From sequence record DRR723986_7113: a stretch of DNA of 43,905 bases. One strand, written 5' to 3'. Positions 36,694 through 43,905 of this stretch are shown in pieces. How positions within the stretch are numbered: position 1 is the first letter of the stretch; every line of letters begins with the position of its first letter. Under the pieces are notes generated by a model that worked only from the letters and a program-made list of their open reading frames with translations, ran no database searches and was not told where the DNA came from. The translations under genes and the position numbers were made by a program.

Positions 36694-37839
36694 ATGGTTA
36701 AACGCGTTCGCCACGTAAATGCGGTATTGTTGCTGTTACAGACAGCTGTTAATGATGCGCGCATGTTAAACATTGCACGCAGCATTCGCGCGGACGGCGG
36801 CAGTGTAATTCTACTTGCTTACGGATCTGAACAAGATGTTAAAAAGCTGGCAGAAGAGGGAATCGAATTAATTGCAATCGGCGGAAGTACTGATGCGCGC
36901 CTGATGCTGCGCTGGCCCTTTTTCCTGGCTAAAGCATTGTATTCTTTGCGTTCCATAAGCGCCGACGCGTTTTGGGCGGAAGACATATTCAGTCTGTGGC
37001 CGGCGGCAAAGTTAGCTAAAAAGACTGGCGCGCGCCTGATCTATGATTCACGCGAGTTGTACTTTGCACTTGGCACTTTAAGTGAGGGTGATGCACGGCA
37101 GAAGTTAATCCAGTCGCTAGAAGAGCGCTACTTCCCTGTTTGTGATGCTGTAGTCGTAACCGGACCTTTGGATGCAGATGAGTTAAGGAAACGCTATGGT
37201 GGGCCGCGCGCGACAACGTTGTTAAATGTTCCGCCATTGAAAATTGCAGAACGCACAAACCGAATTCATGATCAGTTCGGCATTAAGCACGAGCAGAAGA
37301 TTTTGGTCTATCAGGGTGGTGTTTTCAGGGCCAAAGGTTTAGCTCTGGCGGTGCGTGCGCTTGTGGAATTGCACGATTGTGTTTTGTGCATTATTGGCGA
37401 CGGGCCGTACGAACGGAATGTGCGTGAACTGGCCACCGAACTTAAAGTTTTGGACCGGGTGGTATTCACGGGGCGCCTGCCCTACGACGAGCTTTTAGCC
37501 TGGACGGCAGCGGCGGATATAGGCCTGTCTCTGATAGAAGCCACAACTTTAAGCTATCAGCTGGCCCTTCCGAACAAGATGTTTGAATACTGCATGGCGG
37601 GCATCCCAACCTTGGCGAGTGATTTGCCGGCGATGCGCAGAACGATTACAGATTTTGGGATTGGATGCCTGGCAGCGCAGACGGCTGACGCGGCCGCGGT
37701 GGCAGCGATTGTGCGGGAGATGCTGGAGACTGATAGGATGCAGCAACTGCGTGCAGCATGCGAGGCGGCGCGCAAAGAGTTAAACTGGCAGGTGCAAAGT
37801 GAAGTGGTGCTGCAGGTACAAAAAGGAAACGCACACTGA
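36694..37839 (+). CDS. Glycosyltransferase family 4 (GT-B)
   Basis: LIYDSRE, VYQGG...KGL, IIGDGP, LPNKMFEY, LASDLP. Confidence 0.88.
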   Translation: MVKRVRHVNAVLLLLQTAVNDARMLNIARSIRADGGSVILLAYGSEQDVKKLAEEGIELIAIGGSTDARLMLRWPFFLAKALYSLRSISADAFWAEDIFSLWPAAKLAKKTGARLIYDSRELYFALGTLSEGDARQKLIQSLEERYFPVCDAVVVTGPLDADELRKRYGGPRATTLLNVPPLKIAERTNRIHDQFGIKHEQKILVYQGGVFRAKGLALAVRALVELHDCVLCIIGDGPYERNVRELATELKVLDRVVFTGRLPYDELLAWTAAADIGLSLIEATTLSYQLALPNKMFEYCMAGIPTLASDLPAMRRTITDFGIGCLAAQTADAAAVAAIVREMLETDRMQQLRAACEAARKELNWQVQSEVVLQVQKGNAH

Positions 37840-37862
37840 ACGAGCCGGCTCAGTGTGCGTTT
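37827..37862. terminator. Stem-loop between convergent GT4 and hslU
   Basis: 13-bp perfect stem AAACGCACACTGA / TCAGTGTGCGTTT. Confidence 0.7.
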
Positions 37863-37891
37863 AAGTTGACTGCTAACTTTGCAGCTAAATC

Positions 37892-39292
37892 TTAGAGGAT
37901 AAACTTACTAAGATCCTGATTCTCGGCGATTGACTGCAGGCGCTCAGTGACCATGGCCTCATCGACTGAAATCTTATCGGCTTTGATAACTTCCGGTGTA
38001 TCAAAGAGAACATCTTCCAGCAGAGTAGTTAAGATTGTGTGCAGGCGGCGGGCGCCGATGTTAACAACTTCACGGTTAACATGCGCGGCTGTACGCGCAA
38101 TAGCACGAATTGAGCCATCGGTGAATTCCAGCTCAACACCTTCCGACGTCAGCATCGCCTGATACTGTTTAATAAGTGCGTTGCGTGGCACTGTTAATAT
38201 CTTGTAGAAATCCTCTTCGGTCAAACTATCCAGTTCAACGCGAATTGGGAATCGTCCTTGCAACTCAGGAATGAGATCCGAAGGTTTGGATACGTGAAAG
38301 GCACCGGACGCGATGAAGAGGACGTGGTCTGTTTTGACCAGTCCGTGTTTTGTTGAGATGGTACTGCCTTCGACAATTGGAAGCAGATCACGCTGCACGC
38401 CTTGACGCGAAACATCGGGTCCGCTACCGCCACGGCCGCTGGACGGCACGGCAACTTTGTCAATCTCATCGATAAATACGATTCCACTGTTTTCGACGCG
38501 TTTCACGGCTTCTTTGACGACGGCATCCATGTCGATGAGTTTTTGGGCTTCTTCTTCGGTCAGGATGACTTTGGCATCGGCAATCTTGACCTTGCGTTTT
38601 TTGCTTTTCTTCGGGAACATATTGCCAAACATGTCTTGAAGATTCATACCCATTTCTTCAAGACCGGCAGGACCGAAGACTTGCATTGAAGGGTTGTGTT
38701 CGACGGCGAGGTCGAGCTCAATCATGCGTTCGTCCAGTTCACCGCGATCCAGCTGCTCACGAAATTTTTCACGCGTGGAAGCATTTTCTTCAACGACATT
38801 TTCCTCGTCGGTGAATCCGACACCTGGCTGGCGGCGTTTAATCGGCGGAATCAGGATGTCGAGAATTCGCGTTTGCGCGGCTTGCTGCGCTTTTTCCTGA
38901 ACTTCGGCTGTCTTCTCAGCGCGTACGAGGTTTACCGACAGCTCCACCAGATCGCGGATCATTGACTCTACGTCACGCCCTACATATCCAACTTCGGTAT
39001 ACTTGGTGGCTTCAACTTTGATAAATGGGGCGTTGGCCAGTTTGGCCAGGCGGCGCGCTATTTCGGTTTTACCGACGCCTGTGGGCCCGATCATTATAAT
39101 GTTGTTGGGAACAATTTCATCACGCATATCGGACGTGACTTGTTGGCGGCGCCAGCGGTTGCGCAGGGCAATTGCTACGGAGCGCTTGGCGGCATCCTGA
39201 CCAATAATGTATTTATCAAGTGCGCGCACGATTTCACCAGGCGTCAGCTGACCTGATTTCTGCTCGACGGTTTCTGAAGCTACTTCGCTCAT
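37892..39292 (-). CDS. hslU: ATP-dependent protease ATPase subunit HslU
   Basis: [53 protein letters not shown]. Confidence 0.98.
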   Translation of the reverse strand: MSEVASETVEQKSGQLTPGEIVRALDKYIIGQDAAKRSVAIALRNRWRRQQVTSDMRDEIVPNNIIMIGPTGVGKTEIARRLAKLANAPFIKVEATKYTEVGYVGRDVESMIRDLVELSVNLVRAEKTAEVQEKAQQAAQTRILDILIPPIKRRQPGVGFTDEENVVEENASTREKFREQLDRGELDERMIELDLAVEHNPSMQVFGPAGLEEMGMNLQDMFGNMFPKKSKKRKVKIADAKVILTEEEAQKLIDMDAVVKEAVKRVENSGIVFIDEIDKVAVPSSGRGGSGPDVSRQGVQRDLLPIVEGSTISTKHGLVKTDHVLFIASGAFHVSKPSDLIPELQGRFPIRVELDSLTEEDFYKILTVPRNALIKQYQAMLTSEGVELEFTDGSIRAIARTAAHVNREVVNIGARRLHTILTTLLEDVLFDTPEVIKADKISVDEAMVTERLQSIAENQDLSKFIL

Positions 39293-39356
39293 ATACTGAT
39301 AACTCGCGTTCTAAAAGATTTGTTTCTGATTGTGTGAATTGCTCGGTGAAGCGCTG

Positions 39357-39926
39357 TTAGACTTCTTCGACCGTGATGGAGTGATTCGTGTAGATGCAGA
39401 TATCCGCGGCAATTTCGAGCGCTTTGCGGACGATTTCAGCGGCAGTGAGTTCTGTATTTTGGGCCAGGGCACGTGCAGCGGCCAGGGCAAAGCTCCCGCC
39501 GGAGCCAATCGCGACAATGTTGTCATCGGTTTCAACCACATCACCATTGCCTGAGATCACGAAAGCCTGCTCGGAGTTCATGGCAATCATCATGGCTTCG
39601 AGGCGCCGCAGATAGCGGTCAGTCCGCCAGTCTTTGACCAGCTCTATGGCGGAACGCTGCAGGCCGCCGCTGTAGGACTCCAACTTTTCTTCAAATCGCT
39701 GGAGGAGCGTAAATGCATCAGCGGTGGCGCCGGCAAAGCCCACCATGACTTTACCGTTATAGAGGCGGCGCAACTTTTTGGTTGAGTGCTTCATAACGGT
39801 ATTACCAACGGTAATTTGTCCGTCAGCACCAATAGCTGCTTTGCCATCGCGAATTACACCAATTACGGTTGTAGCGCGCACGCGCGGCCGCCGTTCGTCT
39901 TCGTTATTGCCTGTTATCCAATCCAT
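39357..39926 (-). CDS. hslV: ATP-dependent protease subunit HslV
   Basis: [48 protein letters not shown] 39926 preferred. Confidence 0.97.
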   Translation of the reverse strand: MDWITGNNEDERRPRVRATTVIGVIRDGKAAIGADGQITVGNTVMKHSTKKLRRLYNGKVMVGFAGATADAFTLLQRFEEKLESYSGGLQRSAIELVKDWRTDRYLRRLEAMMIAMNSEQAFVISGNGDVVETDDNIVAIGSGGSFALAAARALAQNTELTAAEIVRKALEIAADICIYTNHSITVEEV

Positions 39927-39952
39927 TCCAGGTTCCTGGTCAATTTCAATAC

Positions 39953-40357
39953 TCAAGTGTCCGGGGAATCCGTATCGAGAATTTTTTCGAACTGCTGCGC
40001 GCGCTTCCACGCTTTTTGGGTCAGCTTAATAAGTGTTGAGCCAAAGATAGCAGCCATTGTGAGCATACAGCTCCAAAGGAATACTTCTGAGGATCCACCT
40101 GCATGTTCTATCCATCCACGCACGGCATTTACGGCACAAGCCGCTATGGTAAGCAGCAAGGTTGTAAACGCCGCACCGGCGGTCGAAGCGCCACCATTAC
40201 GGACTCCAGACCCAAGCACAAACAGCAACGTGCCCAGTCCGATAGTGATAAATACAGCTCGTGAGGTTTCATCATTTTGTGCAAAAAAACCGAAAGCACC
40301 GGTTATAAGCACAAACAGGCCATATAATGCCAGTAGCCGACTAGCTCGGGCGTTCAC
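39953..40357 (-). CDS. Small 4-TM membrane protein (possibly TMEM14-like)
   Basis: Four hydrophobic segments; GTG start with GGAG upstream; same orientation as hslVU. Confidence 0.6.
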   Translation of the reverse strand: MNARASRLLALYGLFVLITGAFGFFAQNDETSRAVFITIGLGTLLFVLGSGVRNGGASTAGAAFTTLLLTIAACAVNAVRGWIEHAGGSSEVFLWSCMLTMAAIFGSTLIKLTQKAWKRAQQFEKILDTDSPDT

Positions 40358-40523
40358 CTTCGTTCTCCGATTCGGATTCGCATTGTTGATTTCAAGATAG
40401 CGTCAGACGGTCGTCACGCTCTAAAATTACAAGTTGATGCAAACGTCGTGACGGCTTGGCTCCGCAAATTAGCATTGACTTTAGAGCGGAGCGCTACCAT
40501 TTCATACAATTGGGTTACGTGAT

Positions 40524-41849
40524 ATGCACAACAAACCATCAGCGCCTGCCAGTGACGAGATTAAGACTGTTTCAGTCATTACGCTGGGGTGCAGCAAGAA
40601 TGTGGTTGATTCTGAAACGCTGATGGGTGGCATTAAACATCACGAGCTACAGCTGGTGGATGATGTTGACGACGCAGATGCCCTGATTATCAACACCTGC
40701 GGCTTTATTGATAAGGCAAAAGAAGAGAGCATCAATACAATCCTCGATGCTGGTAAACTGCGCACCGAAGGCAAAATCAAGAAATTGATTGTTGCCGGAT
40801 GCCTCTCCGACCGTTACGGTGGAGAGCTGCAAACAGATATCCCTGAAATTGACCACGTGTTTGGCACGATGGCATTCAAAGAAATCATCAAGACCCTGCG
40901 CCCAAGCCTGAAATATGAATTGCTTGGCGAGCGCGTATTGACGACACCCAGCCACTACGCATACCTGAAAATTTCCGAAGGATGTGACAACCCGTGTTCC
41001 TTCTGTGCAATCCCGCTGATGCGCGGCGGGCACAAATCACGTCCAGTAGAAGAGATAGAACGCGAGGTGCGCTACCTGAGTTCACAGGGCATTCGTGAAA
41101 TCGTGGTAGTGGCGCAGGATTTAACGTACTACGGCCTGGACCTGTACGGAAAACGTATTTTGGCAGATCTTCTGCGCCGCTTAAGTGATGTGGAAGGAAT
41201 TGAATGGATTAGGCTCATGTATGCCTATCCAAGCAAGTTCCCGATGGATATACTTCCTGTAATCGCTGAGCGCAGCAACATCTGTAATTACCTGGACATG
41301 CCGCTGCAGCATATTGCGACCGACGTGCTTAAGTCAATGCGACGCGGCATTACGCGCAAGACTACGGAACGCGTTATTGCAGAAATTCGTAATGCTGTGC
41401 CGGATATCGGCTTGCGAACAACATTTATATGTGGTTATCCAGCTGAAAAAGACGAACACTTCGAAGAACTCTGTGAGTTTGTGGAGCAAACGCGCTTTAA
41501 TCGACTTGGAGTCTTTGAGTATTCGCAGGAAGACAATACAGTGGCGCATATCCTGGGTGATCAGGTCCCCCAGGAAGAAAAAGAACGCCGCTGTGCCGCT
41601 ATAATGGATATTCAACGTGAAATCTCAATGCAGAAGAATGAAGAGCTTCTCGGAAAAACCCTCAAGGTTGTAATTGACGAACAGCTGGATGGTGAATACC
41701 GTGGGCGCACCGAATTCGATGCCCCGGAAGTGGACAATGAAGTGTACGTTCGGTCCGAAACTCCGGTTGAAATCGGAAGTTTTGTACAGGTTGAAATTGA
41801 TGATGTCGCCGAATATGATTTATTTGGACATACTGTTACGGCAAAGTAA
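40524..41849 (+). CDS. rimO: Ribosomal protein S12 methylthiotransferase RimO
   Basis: LGCSKNVVDSE, NTCGFI, AYLKISEGCDNPCSFCAIP, WIRLMYAYP, DAPEVDN; TRAM C-terminus. Confidence 0.96.
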   Translation: MHNKPSAPASDEIKTVSVITLGCSKNVVDSETLMGGIKHHELQLVDDVDDADALIINTCGFIDKAKEESINTILDAGKLRTEGKIKKLIVAGCLSDRYGGELQTDIPEIDHVFGTMAFKEIIKTLRPSLKYELLGERVLTTPSHYAYLKISEGCDNPCSFCAIPLMRGGHKSRPVEEIEREVRYLSSQGIREIVVVAQDLTYYGLDLYGKRILADLLRRLSDVEGIEWIRLMYAYPSKFPMDILPVIAERSNICNYLDMPLQHIATDVLKSMRRGITRKTTERVIAEIRNAVPDIGLRTTFICGYPAEKDEHFEELCEFVEQTRFNRLGVFEYSQEDNTVAHILGDQVPQEEKERRCAAIMDIQREISMQKNEELLGKTLKVVIDEQLDGEYRGRTEFDAPEVDNEVYVRSETPVEIGSFVQVEIDDVAEYDLFGHTVTAK

Positions 41850-41911
41850 GAAATGCCCGATATCAGACTGCCAGCCACAACAATGTCAGATTTCAATCGA
41901 TTAATACATAG

Positions 41912-43255
41912 ATGCGATCAGTGCAGCCCACATATCGAACTAGCCAATTCTTGAGCCTTGCGCTCCTGCTGACTTTTCTCGCCCTGGATGTACAAGCACA
42001 GGCAGTCACCACTCTTGATCAACAGCACGGTTTTCTGCTGGACGTGATCCCCCTGCGCGGGAAAGAGGCAGGCAAACAGCGCGTTGACGTGTATGTAATC
42101 ATTCCATACCAGTCACTCCAATTTGAAAAACGCGAATCAACGTTTCACTCAAATTTCAGCGTGCGCATCAATATTAAGGACAGCTTAGGCACCCGTGTTA
42201 AAACGGAGTCTATCAGCCGTGCAATAAACGCAAAAGATTACGCCACAACTCAAGGCATCAATGCCGAGTTCGACTACGTGCAGAAAGTGTATTCCCTTTC
42301 CGCCGGCGAGTACGACGTTGAGGTTCTGGTGCGCGACGTCCTGGCGCAACGTGAACTTTCACGCCGTCGGCGCATATCCGTCATTGACTACGATGCATAC
42401 CCGTTTTCCCTTTCAGGACTCATGCTGGCCAGTGCCATCGCACAACAGCAGGGCCGGTATAGCGTTACGCCGCACGCTACCGACGACGTGACGTCAATGA
42501 TTAATGACGACTTCTTCGCATTTTTTGAATCGTACAACAAGTCGCCACTTGTTAGTGCGTTTGACGCGATGTATCAGATCTTCGACAGCCGAGGAGAGCT
42601 TTTGATAACTGGTGAGCGCGTAAGGCAGACTGCAGAAGCACAACGGCAGCAGCACTATTTGAGGATCAAGCTACCGGCAGATGTAAGTCCCGGCACCTAT
42701 GTTCTGAAAGTCCTTGCGGTCAAGATTTCAGCGGCGGAAGCACTTCAGAATGGTGACATCCTGGCTGCCAGTGAGCACTCACTGCGAGTTGAAATGAATT
42801 CACAGTTTGGTCCGATTGGTGACGAGAACCTTTGGACAGCAATTCGACAGTTGCGCTATGCCGCCACGCAGGAGCAACTGAACTTCATTGAGTCGGGAGC
42901 AGGCATTGAGGAGCGGCGCGAGCGTTTCTTTGATTTTTGGCGTGAGATTGACCCCAGTCCCGGTACATTGCGCAATGAGGCCTATGATGAGTTTTATGGG
43001 CGCATAGACTATGCAAACAATACTTTCCGCTCGTATTCAGCTGGATGGCTAACTGACATGGGCCGAGTTTTTATCATATTCGGACCACCGCAGGATATCC
43101 AACGTCAGGACTTTCGTTCTGACGGCCGAATTGTTGAGCGATGGGTGTATCCCAACAACCGCGAATTCCTTTTTGTAGATTATAATGGATTCGGAGACTT
43201 CCGCCTGTCTTCTCCGATCAGTCCAAGTGACAAGTACCGCTACGGCAGACAGTAG
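41912..43255 (+). CDS. GWxTD domain-containing exported protein
   Basis: Signal peptide; FWREIDPSPGT..NE, RIDYAN, GWLTDMGRVFIIFGPP. Confidence 0.88.
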   Translation: MRSVQPTYRTSQFLSLALLLTFLALDVQAQAVTTLDQQHGFLLDVIPLRGKEAGKQRVDVYVIIPYQSLQFEKRESTFHSNFSVRINIKDSLGTRVKTESISRAINAKDYATTQGINAEFDYVQKVYSLSAGEYDVEVLVRDVLAQRELSRRRRISVIDYDAYPFSLSGLMLASAIAQQQGRYSVTPHATDDVTSMINDDFFAFFESYNKSPLVSAFDAMYQIFDSRGELLITGERVRQTAEAQRQQHYLRIKLPADVSPGTYVLKVLAVKISAAEALQNGDILAASEHSLRVEMNSQFGPIGDENLWTAIRQLRYAATQEQLNFIESGAGIEERRERFFDFWREIDPSPGTLRNEAYDEFYGRIDYANNTFRSYSAGWLTDMGRVFIIFGPPQDIQRQDFRSDGRIVERWVYPNNREFLFVDYNGFGDFRLSSPISPSDKYRYGRQ

Positions 43256-43750
43256 TTTTGGCCTCCCACTGCTTAATCATTCTTGCACTTCTGGCGCTTA
43301 CCGGCGTTCACTCTGTTTTCTGCTGAGCTTTAAAAACACCGATTCTACGCTAAAAACGGCTGTAGCCGTTACAATTGGGTAACATCAACATAAGCAGCAA
43401 CTTCATGCCACCAATCGATTTGGCTCGGATACAACAAGTGGCCCAAATTGTGAAATCAGTTTGCATAAAAATTAAGTAATTGTCTAAGGTTACGAGTAAA
43501 AAAGCCGATTCATTAGTTGGCGCATCAATTACATGTGCTGAAAAGTGCCTCAAACTATCGCGGCGCTCGTCAGCCAGAAATACTCACTACTCGGGCGACT
43601 TTTGGTGTCAAAAGTTGCCAAGGGACTCTTACTTTTAATCGACAGGCAGGTAAAATTACGTATTTCTACGTATTGCCCCATGGCCAGCGAAATCGCATAT
43701 TGCAAACTGGAACGATTCCGATTTTTTTTTAACTTTTTTTTATTCGCCTC

Positions 43751-43779
43751 TTGACACGCAAACAAAAACCTAGTAAGTT
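43751..43779 (+). promoter_or_regulatory. Sigma70-type promoter
   Basis: TTGACA-17 nt-TAAGTT, preceded by long T-tracts (UP-like). Confidence 0.6.
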
Positions 43780-43845
43780 AGCATCAGTTAAATTGAAAGT
43801 CAATAAGGCGCGAATATTTACCCTGTTTTTTTTTGGAGAACAACA

Positions 43846-43905
43846 ATGCAGAATCTTGATGTACAAACCCTGACGCTTGACGAAATGACTCAACTTGACG
43901 CTGGT
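43846..43905 (+). CDS. Partial small peptide with double-glycine-type leader (bacteriocin/RiPP precursor-like), truncated by window end
   Basis: GGAGA RBS; ATG 43846 reads MQNLDVQTLTLDEMTQLDAG, resembling the L(S/T)xxE(L/M)xxIxGG leader consensus. Confidence 0.6.
   Translation, partial: MQNLDVQTLTLDEMTQLDAG

Noticed and set aside
39786-40400. 204-aa + strand ORF
   Set aside because: Antisense shadow of hslV and the 4-TM gene

Overview
A 43.9-kb, mostly housekeeping chromosomal segment from an FCB-group bacterium with a type IX secretion system. The T9SS genes together with GGAG-type RBSs and a TTGACA-type promoter suggest a Kapabacteria/Ignavibacteria-like organism (inference). Left to right: porV-porU; a cluster of Cys-pair envelope proteins (T9SS-type Omp28-like protein, Omp28 lipoprotein, DUF6029-like barrel, TlpA, divergent T9SS cargo); infC-rpmI-rplT-pheS-lolD; a 1.56-kb non-coding gap; an RsbU/RsbV/RsbW partner-switching module; a CHASE-PAS sensor with a dead-looking kinase core plus a CheY-like regulator; flavin reductase; a second PP2C phosphatase; folP; rpmG; a MazG-like gene; a TrmH methylase; an OmpR regulator; an FG-GAP protein; GNAT + GT4; hslUV; rimO; a GWxTD protein; and, cut by the window end, a double-glycine-type leader peptide. 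The most unusual part is the gap at 17023-18580. It holds (i) a non-coding nested repeat array of 70/73/73-nt units with a 216-nt super-period, several of which form hairpins, and (ii) a downstream ~540-nt rod-like fold-back rich in + strand G-U pairs, behind an extended -10 motif. Together these are a candidate undescribed repeat-array + large ncRNA locus. All pairings were found by eye and family calls rest on motif recognition, not database searches.
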